A stretch of 64,000 nt of DNA from Alphaproteobacteria bacterium. GTDB taxonomy: Bacteria > Pseudomonadota > Alphaproteobacteria > UBA7887. The DNA is taken from the NCBI GenBank assembly GCA_965216755.1, contig CBDCGL010000011.1, positions 4,576,001 to 4,640,000 of the forward strand. The letters run 5' to 3'. Both the position numbers and the translations under genes were made by a program. Positions 50,256 to 60,431 of the stretch are shown one piece after another. The notes below the pieces were generated by a model. It had not been told where the DNA came from. It saw nothing but the letters and a program-made list of their open reading frames with translations, and searched no databases. How positions within the stretch are numbered: position 1 is the first letter of the stretch; each line of letters begins with the position of its first letter.

Positions 50256-50981
50256 GTGAACCATAGTCCGCAGAATCAGGATGAGGTGGTGCGTCTTCAG
50301 CGACTGCAGAGTGCGCTGCAGGAGGCGTTTGCCGAGGCTTCACGGATTTATCAGGCGCGTGGATTTCAGCGCCGGATCGGATTCGGGAAAAGGCCCGCTT
50401 TGATCAATGTCGACCTGGCGAATGCTTGGACGCGACCGGGCAATCCATTCACTTGCGACAATATCGATGAACAGATTATTCCCGGTGTACAGCAGTTACT
50501 TGCGGCGTGCAGGGACAAGGGACATGCGGTCGTCCATGTGACAACGAATTATCAGGTCACCGACCGGTCCGATCCACATACCGACATGGGTTTGTGGCAC
50601 TGCAAGATTCCGGTGGAGGTGGTTGATGCCAAGGATGAGGAATTGTGGGCGATCGACTCGCGAATCGCGCCCATAGACGGTGAGCAGGTGTTGATCAAGA
50701 AGCGGGCGAGCGCGTTTCACGGAACCTATCTGGCAGGCTATTTGCGCGCCGCCAACATCGATACGATTCTTGTAACTGGTGTGACCGCTTGCGCTTGTGT
50801 GCGCCAAACCGTGTGTGATGGACTGGCGGAGGGTTTCCGCACAATTGTGGTTCGCGAATGTATCGGTGACAGGGTGCCTGGCGCTGTGGAATGGAACCTG
50901 TTCGACATCGACGCCAAGTTTGGCGATGTTGTCGGACTCGAAGAGTGCTTGTCCTATTTGCGCGCGATCCGGGCAGCCTAA
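50256..50981 (+). CDS. Isochorismatase-family cysteine hydrolase (N-carbamoylsarcosine amidase / maleamate amidase-like)
   Basis: IGFGKRPALINVD, KKRASAFHGT, GVTACACVRQT, LFDIDAKFGDVV; AAGGAGG RBS. Confidence 0.88.
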   Translation: MNHSPQNQDEVVRLQRLQSALQEAFAEASRIYQARGFQRRIGFGKRPALINVDLANAWTRPGNPFTCDNIDEQIIPGVQQLLAACRDKGHAVVHVTTNYQVTDRSDPHTDMGLWHCKIPVEVVDAKDEELWAIDSRIAPIDGEQVLIKKRASAFHGTYLAGYLRAANIDTILVTGVTACACVRQTVCDGLAEGFRTIVVRECIGDRVPGAVEWNLFDIDAKFGDVVGLEECLSYLRAIRAA

Positions 50982-51035
50982 CATCACCACGCCTGGCGCG
51001 GATCGGCTGGTCGCGACGGGTGTGCGGAAATTCGC

Positions 51036-51509
51036 GTGACCAAGCGATATCGCATACGGGCTTTCGCGCCGTCGGATCTTGACAAGGCCATGCGCCTGTT
51101 TCGTGAGACTGTTCTCGCGGTGAACGCGCGTGACTATTCGCCGGCGGCCTTAGCGGTGTGGGCGCCGCCGGATCTCGATCGGGCGGTATGGGGCGCGCGC
51201 ATGGCCCGTCATGAAACATGGGTCGCGGACGATGTGGGCGACGTCGTTGGCTTTGCCGAATTGGCGCCACCGGATATGTTGCACATGTTGTACGTTCATA
51301 AATGTCGCCTAGGGCAGGGGATTGGGACGGCTTTGCTCAGCCAATCGGAGGCGACAGCGCGCCGACTTGGCGCGAGTTCGGTTCGGGTCGTGGCCAGCAC
51401 GACTGCGCGACCGTTTTTCGCCAAGCTTGGTTTTACGATGCAGGGGCAGCAAAATATTGAACGCGCGGGCGTATCGCTTTTAACTTATCGCATGCAGAAG
51501 CTTTTGTAA
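51036..51509 (+). CDS. GNAT acetyltransferase (YafP-like)
   Basis: RDYSPAALAVWA, LYVH...GQGIGTAL, ARPFFAKLGF. Confidence 0.85.
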   Translation: MTKRYRIRAFAPSDLDKAMRLFRETVLAVNARDYSPAALAVWAPPDLDRAVWGARMARHETWVADDVGDVVGFAELAPPDMLHMLYVHKCRLGQGIGTALLSQSEATARRLGASSVRVVASTTARPFFAKLGFTMQGQQNIERAGVSLLTYRMQKLL

Positions 51510-51671
51510 GTTTTTGAAGTCGTGGCGACAGCGGGTTATTGGGTCGGAGCCATGTGCCGGGTCCGGTGAATCCGCTCTTTCGCAACATTGTTGTAGTGTC
51601 GCAACATCTCACGTGCGAATTGGTCACAAACCCACTGTTCACGTTCGACACGCGTCATCTAGACTGTGACT

Positions 51672-51786
51672 CTGTTCTGGAGCTTGTGTAGACTCTAAAT
51701 AGGTGCGCCACCCCACCCGTCCGGCGTACCTAACTCGGTCAAACTGCCGTCGCGCCACATTGCCCCGGCGCGACGGTTTTTCTTTT
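51672..51786 (+). ncRNA. Candidate small RNA with C-rich loop and intrinsic terminator
   Basis: TAGACT -10-like box at 51660; hairpin TAGGTGCGCC-ACCCCACCCGTCC-GGCGTACCTA at 51700-51732; terminator follows; 5' end inferred. Confidence 0.5.
51746..51786 (+). terminator. Rho-independent terminator
   Basis: GCCGTCGCGCC / GGCGCGACGGT stem followed by TTTTCTTTT. Confidence 0.8.
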
Positions 51787-51882
51787 GCGCGGATTATCCG
51801 GGCCAGTTGGATGAACAACCAGTGACAAAAATGAGTCAAAACGGGTGGGGATCCTTATGGTTGTGATGGTCAGCGCTCCATA

Positions 51883-53565
51883 TCACTGCGAGGTTGTGGA
51901 GTTGGCGACGTAGCCGTTTTCAATGTCAAAACGGACCGCCTGTGGATTGCGATCCTGCGGCGATCCGAACCCACCGCCTCCTGACGTTTCCAACCGCAAG
52001 ACATCGCCTCTTTGTAGTTCCAAGTCGCGCTCTTTCGCGTCGAGCACCTGTTCTTTGCCATTGCGTTGCAATGTGAGTCGGCCGGTCGCGCCGGGCTCGC
52101 CGCCAGCCAGTCCATAGGGCGCAAAGCGAAATCTTTCAAAACTGGAATTGAAACGGCCCACGGGTGCATCCAACCGCCATTCTCTTACCAGGCCAAGGCC
52201 TCCTCTATATTGCCCCTGACCGCCCGATCCGACCCGCAAGCCGTAGGTCGTAAAGGTGATCGGGTAAGAGCTTTCGATGATCTCGATGGGCGCGTTTGCC
52301 AAATTGTGAAATCCAGCCGACAAGGCATTGGGGCCGTCATAGGTTGGTGCTGCACCCCATCCACCAACTTCGATCTCGAAATAAACCTGGCGGCGTCCGT
52401 CCGCCAACACCGGCTCGATCGTGTAAACGTAGCTGACGCCGTAGTACGCGGCGGGAATTCGTTGCGGCAGCGCCTGCGACATTGCGCCGAGGACTGTGTT
52501 GACGATGCGATGACCGACCGCCATGCGGTTCGCTACAGACGCCGGATGATTGGCGTTGACAACAGAACCCGCTGGGGCATGGACAGTGATCGGGCGATAA
52601 CATCCGGCATTGGGCGGAATATCACCGCCGGTGGCCGACATGATCGCGTAATAGACGGCGGACTTCGACATGTTCAACGTACAATTGACCGGGCCGCGGA
52701 CCTGTGCCGCCGAACCGGATAAGTCAACGGAAATGGTATCGGTGTCGATCGTCACCGCAGCGCTAATGCGAATCGGTTCGTCGACAATACCGTCGCCATC
52801 AACGAAGTCTTCAAACGTAAAGGTGCCATCGGGCATGGCTGATATGGCGCGCCGCATGGCCAGCTCAGATTGCAACTGAATCTGGTTCGTCGCCGCGCTG
52901 ACGATTGCAGGCCCAAATTTGTCGACGAGACGGCCAATCCCCGCGGCACCGATGTCAAGTGCGGCGATTTGCGCAATGATATCTGCCGCGACCATCTCCG
53001 GTTCACGCACGTTGAGCGCGATTATCTCGATCAGGGCGGCGTTTCTTTTGCCGCGTTCGACGATCTTGATCGCGGGTATGCGCAAACCTTCGCGAAAAAT
53101 CTCGGTGGCGCCGGGATCGTAACTACCGGGCGCGCCGCCGCCCATGTCAATGTGGTGGCAGAGGGTACCCGCGATTGCAATGCGCTGGTCGCCAGCGAAT
53201 ACGGGCTTGAAAGCGATAATATCGGGCAGGTGTTGACCGCCGCTGTGATAAGGGTCGTTGGTTACGATGACATCTCCGGGCTGCCACGCGTCGACAGGAA
53301 TATGCCGATCAATAATTGTCTCAAGGCATGTCGACATCGAGTTGAGGTGCACTGGAATGCGCGACGACTGTGCCACATTGTTGCCATCCGCGTCGAAAAC
53401 AGCGGTCGAATAGTCAAGGATCTCGCGAACCGACGGCGAACGGCTGGTCCGAGCAATGGCGACGCTCATCTCCTCGGCCGCGGCGACCAACGCGTTGCGG
53501 ATCACTTCAAGTCGAATTGGGTCGATGGCCCCGTGGCCGTCCTTTTGTTCCTGTTCAGTCATCAT
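51883..53565 (-). CDS. Hydantoinase B / oxoprolinase family subunit
   Basis: IDPIRLEVI, DYSTA, NDPY...HLPD, HHIDMGG, GQYRGGLG, SGGGGFG. Confidence 0.92.
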   Translation of the reverse strand: MMTEQEQKDGHGAIDPIRLEVIRNALVAAAEEMSVAIARTSRSPSVREILDYSTAVFDADGNNVAQSSRIPVHLNSMSTCLETIIDRHIPVDAWQPGDVIVTNDPYHSGGQHLPDIIAFKPVFAGDQRIAIAGTLCHHIDMGGGAPGSYDPGATEIFREGLRIPAIKIVERGKRNAALIEIIALNVREPEMVAADIIAQIAALDIGAAGIGRLVDKFGPAIVSAATNQIQLQSELAMRRAISAMPDGTFTFEDFVDGDGIVDEPIRISAAVTIDTDTISVDLSGSAAQVRGPVNCTLNMSKSAVYYAIMSATGGDIPPNAGCYRPITVHAPAGSVVNANHPASVANRMAVGHRIVNTVLGAMSQALPQRIPAAYYGVSYVYTIEPVLADGRRQVYFEIEVGGWGAAPTYDGPNALSAGFHNLANAPIEIIESSYPITFTTYGLRVGSGGQGQYRGGLGLVREWRLDAPVGRFNSSFERFRFAPYGLAGGEPGATGRLTLQRNGKEQVLDAKERDLELQRGDVLRLETSGGGGFGSPQDRNPQAVRFDIENGYVANSTTSQ

Positions 53566-55616
53566 GCACCGATTTTTCTGAGACGAAGATGGCCGCCAAG
53601 GTCCGGTTCGAGTCGCCATGCCGGGGGCACGAAGTGGGTCGCGAACGGCTCTTCGATGATGGCTGGTCCCACAACGGGCGCGATAATCGCGTCCCGTTCG
53701 TAAATGGGCAGATCGCGCCAGTCACCACCAACATAGACAGACCGCCTGCCGACAGACACCGGCGAGTCACCCTTTGATTCCGGGGCGCCACGTGGTTTCG
53801 GGAGTTGCCCGATGGCGCGCAGCCGTATTGTGACGACCTCAACCGGGTCTTGCGGGTGGGCGTGGGCGTAACGCATTTGATGCAGCTCATGGAATCGCGA
53901 AACGGCTGCGCGGAGCATCGCTTCATCGGGGACGTTCCGGCCCCAAGGAACCAGCAATTCGTAAGCTTGACCGCGATAACGCATGTCCGCACTGAACTGC
54001 CATTCGCGATTTGCCGGCGCAACCCCGTCTGCATCGAGCATAGATTCACCTTGCAGAAGAAGCGCGCTCGCAATATCACGAATTGGGCCGAGCTCCGAAG
54101 TGGTGGCAGTGACGAGGCGCGTCTGCGCGAGGTCATGGGCAATATCACTGGCCAAAAAACCACCGGCGGAAAGCGTGGCCGGGTCGCGTGGCAAGATAAT
54201 AGTATCGATACCCAACTCCTCGGCGATATCGGCGGCGTGCAGTCCGCAGGCACCGCCAAACGAGACGAACGCGAAATCCTCGGGATCAAGACCTTTCTCG
54301 AACAGGCTCAGGCGCACCGCCGCGGCCATGTTCGACGTGGCAATCGCGAGCATTCCCTCGGCGGCACTTTCCACAGTCATTTCGAGGGGCCCTGCGAGGC
54401 GAGTCGCAATGGCACGGTGAGCTAGTTGACGATCCAAAGGCATGGCGCCATCCAGAAACGCCGCGCCGTCGATGCGTTCCAGCACGACGTTGGCGTCCGT
54501 GATTGTCGGTTCCGTGCCGCCGGTGCCGTAGCAAGCGGGCCCTGGCTTGGCGCCGGCGCTTTGTGGACCGACACGAACGCGGTCGCTGTCATCGATCCAT
54601 CCAATCGAGCCACCGCCCGCGCCGATCGTGCGGATTTCGACCATTGGCAAGCGAACGGGATGGCCGGCAACAATGCCATCGGTGACGACAGCCAGATTGC
54701 CGTCGTGGACCACGGAAATATCAAAACTGGTGCCACCCATGTCGCCGGCCACGAGATTCGGCGCGCCCAAAACTTGAGATAGTCGGTGCGCGGCGAGGGC
54801 GCCACCACAGGGCCCGGAAACGAGCAAACGCGCCGGCAGTGTCGCGGCCTTTTCAGGTGTGCTGACGCCGCCATTCGATTGCACGACGTAGAGCGGGCTT
54901 CCGATCCCGTCATCATCAAGGCGCCGACGCAATCGCCCGAGATAATCTCGCACCGTGGGCATCAACAGGGCGTTTAGGACCGTCGTCGAGGTACGTTCGA
55001 ACTCGCGAATCTCCGGGCTCAGCTCCGTCGAAATCGAGATAGCTAGATCTGGATACCGCCGCGCAAGCCAATCTCGGACGAACTGCTCATGCCGGGGATT
55101 CGCGAAAGCATTGAGCAGACATACGGCGATGGTCCGAATGCCGGCGGTTGCAATCGCATTACCGATTTTGGCAAGTGATGTTTCATTCAATGGCAATGTA
55201 ATGGTGCCGTTCGCGGCCACGCGCTCGTCCAGCCCAAACCGATGTTTGCGCGGCACCAAGAGGGGGCGCGATTCGGGCGCGAGACCGTACACGTCGCGTC
55301 GCGCGTGGCGACCAATCTCGAGCACATCTTCGAAGCCAGAAGTCGTAATCAGCGCCCCTGACGCAAGCTTGTTTTGAATGACGGCATTGGTCGCAATGGT
55401 TGTCCCATGAATGACAAATGACAACTGTGAGGTGGCAAAGCCCAAACGCCTTTTGGCCTGATCCAACGCATCGATCAAACCGCGCGACGGATCGTCGGGG
55501 GTGGTTGACGCCTTGAACGACCAAGTCTCGCCGCTCGACTCATGGAGAATTTGGAGATCCGTGAATGTGCCGCCGATATCGGCTGCGACACGGTAGGTGA
55601 TATCCGATGTTGTCAT
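53562..55616 (-). CDS. Hydantoinase A / oxoprolinase family subunit (ATP-binding)
   Basis: DIGGTFTD, HGTTIATN, DMGGTSFD, IGAGGGSI, GPQSAGAKPGPACYG. Confidence 0.93.
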   Translation of the reverse strand: MTTSDITYRVAADIGGTFTDLQILHESSGETWSFKASTTPDDPSRGLIDALDQAKRRLGFATSQLSFVIHGTTIATNAVIQNKLASGALITTSGFEDVLEIGRHARRDVYGLAPESRPLLVPRKHRFGLDERVAANGTITLPLNETSLAKIGNAIATAGIRTIAVCLLNAFANPRHEQFVRDWLARRYPDLAISISTELSPEIREFERTSTTVLNALLMPTVRDYLGRLRRRLDDDGIGSPLYVVQSNGGVSTPEKAATLPARLLVSGPCGGALAAHRLSQVLGAPNLVAGDMGGTSFDISVVHDGNLAVVTDGIVAGHPVRLPMVEIRTIGAGGGSIGWIDDSDRVRVGPQSAGAKPGPACYGTGGTEPTITDANVVLERIDGAAFLDGAMPLDRQLAHRAIATRLAGPLEMTVESAAEGMLAIATSNMAAAVRLSLFEKGLDPEDFAFVSFGGACGLHAADIAEELGIDTIILPRDPATLSAGGFLASDIAHDLAQTRLVTATTSELGPIRDIASALLLQGESMLDADGVAPANREWQFSADMRYRGQAYELLVPWGRNVPDEAMLRAAVSRFHELHQMRYAHAHPQDPVEVVTIRLRAIGQLPKPRGAPESKGDSPVSVGRRSVYVGGDWRDLPIYERDAIIAPVVGPAIIEEPFATHFVPPAWRLEPDLGGHLRLRKIGA

Positions 55617-55634
55617 TACGTTTTACAAAGCATG

Positions 55635-56276
55635 CTAAGCGATTGCAGTGGCAGCAATCGGCGTTTTCGTGCGCAGTGACGCAACAACCGAGTCGCAAGA
55701 TGACACCGTGCCAAAATGCGTTGCGATGTCGTAAAGCGACGACAGCTGTTCCCGCGGACCGGTGGCCGCCACACAATCCTCAGGCACGACAACTTGATAG
55801 CCGTGAAAAAACGCATCGTGGACCGTCGCGCGAACGCAGATGTTCGTGACGACCCCACAAATGACCAGCTGGTCGACCATCATGTCCCTCAAAGTGAGAT
55901 CGAGGTCGGTGTTAAAGAAGCCCGAAAATCGTCGTTTCTTGACCACCAAATCCGCCGACTGGGGCGTCAACTCTTCGACAATCTCGGCGCCCCAGGTCCC
56001 TTCGATACAATGCGGTGTGCGCTTCAGGAACTCACGGTCTTGGCGGAGGGTTGGCCTATGACTGTCGACCAAAAAGACGATCGGCGCGCCGACGGTCCGC
56101 GCAGCCAAAAGAAGACACTGTTGCGGCGGATACAGCCGCGCGCAATCTGGAAGCACCATTTTGCCACCGTCTTTGCAGAAATCGTTCAGCATATCAACAA
56201 CCAAGACAGCGGTTCGCTTTGGATCGAGCGTGACTAGGTCTTGGTGCCGATGGGCCGAGAAACTGTCGTTGTTCAT
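55635..56276 (-). CDS. Isochorismatase-family cysteine hydrolase
   Basis: VVDMLNDF, HCIEGTWG, KRRFSGFFNTDL, TNICVRAT. Confidence 0.9.
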   Translation of the reverse strand: MNNDSFSAHRHQDLVTLDPKRTAVLVVDMLNDFCKDGGKMVLPDCARLYPPQQCLLLAARTVGAPIVFLVDSHRPTLRQDREFLKRTPHCIEGTWGAEIVEELTPQSADLVVKKRRFSGFFNTDLDLTLRDMMVDQLVICGVVTNICVRATVHDAFFHGYQVVVPEDCVAATGPREQLSSLYDIATHFGTVSSCDSVVASLRTKTPIAATAIA

Positions 56277-56511
56277 GGCAGCATCGATCCTTTTGTCGCG
56301 AAACTAACTGGCGCAATCCACGTCAAGAAAAGCACCTTATTTGAGCAATATGCGGCCGGTTGGTCCATGTTCATGGCAAGTCGGGCTGTCCGTTGACTCG
56401 GTCGCAGGGGCACTCTAACGTTCACCGGTTGCCGCAGCATAGCAGTGTTCCCACATGTGAAGCGCCGCGCATTGCGTTGCGCGAAAAGCAGAGCGATTTC
56501 AGGAGGCAGGC

Positions 56512-57753
56512 ATGCCAATCACGCGAAGAGATTTCCTAGGTTCGACGGCCGCCTGTGCCGGGTTGGTTGCCGGTGCATCTTATCTGCCACGCATGAGTTT
56601 GGCGCAAGACACAATTACTATCGCGCAAATTCACGACCAGTCGGGCGGGCTCGATATCTACGGCAATCCGATGGTTGAAACATTCAACTTGGCGGTCGAC
56701 GAGATTAACGAGGCAGGCGGCTTGCTTGGGCGCATGGTGGCGCCAATCAACTATGACCCGCAGTCGAACATGCAGCTATATGCACAATACGCGCAAGAAG
56801 CGGCGTTAAGTGATGAGGCGGTTGTTGTTCATGGCGGCATCACCAGTGCATCGCGTGAGGTCATTCGGCCGGTTTTGAAACGATTTGACACATTGTATTT
56901 CTATAACACCCTTTACGAGGGTGGCGTCTGCGATCGCAACACATTCTGCATGGGTACAACGCCAGCCCAAACGCTTGAAAAAATGGTCCCGTATGTCATG
57001 GATCGGTATGGCAAATCCATGTACATCGTGGCGGCGGACTACAATTACGGCCAGATCACCGCGAAGTGGGTCACCAAATACTGCCGAGATCACGGCGGCG
57101 AGGTCGTGGGCGCCGAGTTCTTCCCGCTCGACGTGACCGACTTCGCATCGTCGATCAACAAAATCCAGGCCGCCAAACCCGATCTTGTTATGTCGGTCCT
57201 GGTCGGTGGCGCGCACATCTCATTTTATCGTCAGTGGTTCGCGGCGGGGATGAAGAGTGAGATTCCAATCGCGTCGACGACTTTCGGCGCCGGCAATGAA
57301 CACATCATCTTGTCGGAGGAGGAGGGCAACGGAATCATCTACGCCTGTGGGTATTTTCAGGAACTGGATACGCCGGAGAGCCGCGCCTATGTCGAGCGTT
57401 TTGCGGCGAAGTACGGTGCCGAACATTCCTATCTGACGGAATTGCCGACCGCGACCTATGAGGGCGTGAAGATCTGGGCGAAAGCTGTCGAGAATGCCGG
57501 TTCGCTGGATCGAATGAAGGTCATCGAAGCACTGGAAGACAATTTGAGCATAGCGGGGCCGACCGGGACCGTTACGATCGATCCCAAAACCCATCACACT
57601 CAACGGACCGCGCTGATCGCGGAGTGTCAAGACAAAGGATTCAGCCTGTTGGAGGCGTTTCCGGATCGGCCGCCCGCCGACACCGCCGCCGTTTGTGATC
57701 TCGGTAGCAATCCAAACGACAACCGGCAGTACGAAATCGAAGTCGACATCTAG
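56512..57753 (+). CDS. Urea/amide-type ABC transporter substrate-binding protein (UrtA/AmiC-like), Tat signal
   Basis: TRRDFL; EINEAGGLLGR, GGITSASRE, YEGG, ADYNYG. Confidence 0.88.
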   Translation: MPITRRDFLGSTAACAGLVAGASYLPRMSLAQDTITIAQIHDQSGGLDIYGNPMVETFNLAVDEINEAGGLLGRMVAPINYDPQSNMQLYAQYAQEAALSDEAVVVHGGITSASREVIRPVLKRFDTLYFYNTLYEGGVCDRNTFCMGTTPAQTLEKMVPYVMDRYGKSMYIVAADYNYGQITAKWVTKYCRDHGGEVVGAEFFPLDVTDFASSINKIQAAKPDLVMSVLVGGAHISFYRQWFAAGMKSEIPIASTTFGAGNEHIILSEEEGNGIIYACGYFQELDTPESRAYVERFAAKYGAEHSYLTELPTATYEGVKIWAKAVENAGSLDRMKVIEALEDNLSIAGPTGTVTIDPKTHHTQRTALIAECQDKGFSLLEAFPDRPPADTAAVCDLGSNPNDNRQYEIEVDI

Positions 57754-57797
57754 GCCGCCGAAGGCGGGGTCGTTCTTGGGGGGGGGCGGAACCGCAA

Positions 57798-58664
57798 ATG
57801 GACCTGGCGCTTGTTGTCCTGATCCAAGTCATCAGCACGATTGCCAGCCTGGCGCTGATCAGCGTCGGATTGGCGGTCATATTCGGCATGATGCGGGTCA
57901 TCAATTTGGCCCACGGCGAGTTCCTGATGCTTGGTGGTTATGCAACCATCATTGCAACACGCAATGGGGTGAGTATATGGCTGGCGATGTTGGTCGTGGC
58001 GCCGGTCGTGGTCGGCGTGGTTGGCATTGTAGTCGAGCGCTTTGTCATACGATTCTTGTATGGACGCATGATCGATACCATGCTGGCAACTTGGGGGTTG
58101 AGCCTGTTTTTGATTGGGCTGGTGACAACGATTTTTGGCAACACGATTGAGGGCGTGACCGCACCACTCCCTGGCGCGTCAATCGGCACTTACAAGATCA
58201 GCCTCTACAGTTTGTTTGTTATCGGATTCACTTTGGTCCTGTTTGTGGGACTGTACATCGGCTTCCGCTTTACGCGGCTTGGGTTGATCGCGCGCGGGAC
58301 GATGCAAAACCCGGCGATGGCGTCGGCCTTGGGTGTGCGGCCGAGTCGTGTCTATGCCTCGACATTTGCAGTTGGTGCAGCGCTAAGCGGTTTGGCTGGC
58401 GGCATATTGGCGCCGGTGTCCGGTGTCGTTCCGACCATTGGAATCGCGTACATCGCGAAGGCATTTATCACCGTCATCACAGGCGGGGCTGCCGTACTGA
58501 CGGGCACCAGTTTGGCGTCGACGTTTTTCGGGACGGTGAACCAAGTCGTGACAATGCTGTGGACGCCGGTCTATGGCGAAGTGGCGCTTTTGCTGGCGGC
58601 CATCATTTTGCTGCGACTGATGCCGCAAGGCATTACCGGGCGCTTCCTCGGGCGGGGCGTTTAA
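57798..58664 (+). CDS. ABC transporter permease (LivH/UrtB-like)
   Basis: GLAVIFGMMRVINLAHGEF. Confidence 0.9.
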   Translation: MDLALVVLIQVISTIASLALISVGLAVIFGMMRVINLAHGEFLMLGGYATIIATRNGVSIWLAMLVVAPVVVGVVGIVVERFVIRFLYGRMIDTMLATWGLSLFLIGLVTTIFGNTIEGVTAPLPGASIGTYKISLYSLFVIGFTLVLFVGLYIGFRFTRLGLIARGTMQNPAMASALGVRPSRVYASTFAVGAALSGLAGGILAPVSGVVPTIGIAYIAKAFITVITGGAAVLTGTSLASTFFGTVNQVVTMLWTPVYGEVALLLAAIILLRLMPQGITGRFLGRGV

Positions 58665-59713
58665 TGGGTAATCGTCGGGGCTTACTGGCCCCGCTGCTGG
58701 TCAGCACGGGCGGCATCATAGCTGTTTTTTTGCTTCCACAGTTCGTCGGTTTGTTCACGCTTTTGCAAGTAACTGTGTACGCGGTGATGGCGATATTGGC
58801 ATTGAGCTTGGCACTCATTTGGGGATTCGCCGGTATTCTTTGCTTTGGTCAAGCAGCGTTTTTTGGTTTGGGCGCATACGGATATGCAGTCGCCGCGTTT
58901 AACGTGGTCGATACCTCAGGTGCCGTTATCGCCGGTATCGCCTTGCCGGCCGCGTTTGCCGCCGCGCTTGGATACTTCATGTTTTATGGTCGATTGAACG
59001 ATGTGTACGTTGGCGTGGTGACGCTTGTCGTTACTTTGATTTTGTTCAAGTTTATGGGGCATACCGCGGGCAGCGAGTACAAGATTGGGCAGGCGCGACT
59101 GGGCGGGTTTAATGGCATCCCTGCGGTGCCGACCGTGACGATGCCAGGCGACCCCCAGTCGATGGCCGGGCCAAGAGAGTTGTTCTACTTGACGGGGGGC
59201 GCCTTGACGGCAACCTACCTCGGCTTGTCGATTTTTCTGAACGGGCAATTTGGCCGCACCATTGTTGCGATCCGCGAAAATGAACTACGGGCGCAGCTGC
59301 TAGGATACGATGTACGCTTGCGCAAGTTGATCGTGTTTGCTGTCGGCGGCGGGATTGCAGGTTTGGCCGGGGTGTTGTTTGTGAATTGGGGTGCGTTCGT
59401 CAGCCCCGACGTCTTCAGTTTAGCGACGACTGCGAAAATCATCATCTGGGTTATCGTTGGTGGGTTGGGCACGCTTGTTGGACCCATCATCGGCGCCATC
59501 GGGTTGGAGTATGTGACCCGTCAGCTTGGCGCCGGGGCTCAAACCGTGATCAATAGCAATCTCGTCTTGGGCGCGATCTTGCTGGTGTTTGTCTTGGCGG
59601 TGCCGCGCGGTGTCGTGCCGACCGTGGCTGCAATTTGGCAGAACTGGCGTAGTGCCGCTGCGCGACGCTCGGATCCGACGGTCGAACCAAGAAAATCCAA
59701 CGATGTCACCTGA
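58664..59713 (+). CDS. ABC transporter permease (LivM/UrtC-like)
   Basis: CFGQAAFFGLGAY, AIRENE, VGGLGTLVGP. Confidence 0.9.
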   Translation: MGNRRGLLAPLLVSTGGIIAVFLLPQFVGLFTLLQVTVYAVMAILALSLALIWGFAGILCFGQAAFFGLGAYGYAVAAFNVVDTSGAVIAGIALPAAFAAALGYFMFYGRLNDVYVGVVTLVVTLILFKFMGHTAGSEYKIGQARLGGFNGIPAVPTVTMPGDPQSMAGPRELFYLTGGALTATYLGLSIFLNGQFGRTIVAIRENELRAQLLGYDVRLRKLIVFAVGGGIAGLAGVLFVNWGAFVSPDVFSLATTAKIIIWVIVGGLGTLVGPIIGAIGLEYVTRQLGAGAQTVINSNLVLGAILLVFVLAVPRGVVPTVAAIWQNWRSAAARRSDPTVEPRKSNDVT

Positions 59714-60431
59714 AATAGTGTTGGAAACGCGACGTCTTACCATGCGTTTTGGCGGTGTGGTTGCTGTTGATCAGGTGGATTTCGCGGTCCAGCGCGGCGA
59801 ACTTCGGTGCCTCATTGGACCAAATGGCGCTGGTAAGAGCACGTTGTTTAAATGCCTCACCGGTCAATTGCGCGCGTCGATGGGCCGCGTGGTCTTTTGC
59901 GGTCACGACATCACACGCGCCCAACCACATGAAATCGCGCGACTTGGCATGGGCATCAAGACCCAAGTTCCGAGCGTTTTCGATGGGCTCAGCGTGCGCG
60001 AAAATATATGGCTTGCCGCGCGACGGGGGGTCGGAAAGGCAAAGGCGCGCGAGATCAGCGCCGAGATCTTCGACGAACTGGCTTTGGCGCCGATTGCCGC
60101 GCGGATTGTTGGTGCTTTGGCGCATGGCCAACGTCAGCTTGTGGAGTTGGGTGTGGTCCTGGCCGGCCGACCAAGTTTGATTCTTCTCGATGAGCCAACC
60201 GCCGGGATGAGCCAGGACGAAGTTGCCCGGACAGCCGATCTCATCCGACGCTTGAACGAAACCACTACACTGATCGTGGTCGAACACGACATGCAATTTA
60301 TTAAGATGATCGCCAGTCACGTCACAGTTCTCCACCAGGGACGCATTCTGATCGAAGACGAGATTGATGTCGTGATGGCCGACCAAAATGTGCGTGACGT
60401 CTATCTGGGGCGTTCCGAGGCGGCGGCATGA
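59703..60431 (+). CDS. ABC transporter ATP-binding protein (LivG/UrtD-like)
   Basis: GPNGAGKS, LLDEPTAG, VEHDM. Confidence 0.92.
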   Translation: MSPEIVLETRRLTMRFGGVVAVDQVDFAVQRGELRCLIGPNGAGKSTLFKCLTGQLRASMGRVVFCGHDITRAQPHEIARLGMGIKTQVPSVFDGLSVRENIWLAARRGVGKAKAREISAEIFDELALAPIAARIVGALAHGQRQLVELGVVLAGRPSLILLDEPTAGMSQDEVARTADLIRRLNETTTLIVVEHDMQFIKMIASHVTVLHQGRILIEDEIDVVMADQNVRDVYLGRSEAAA

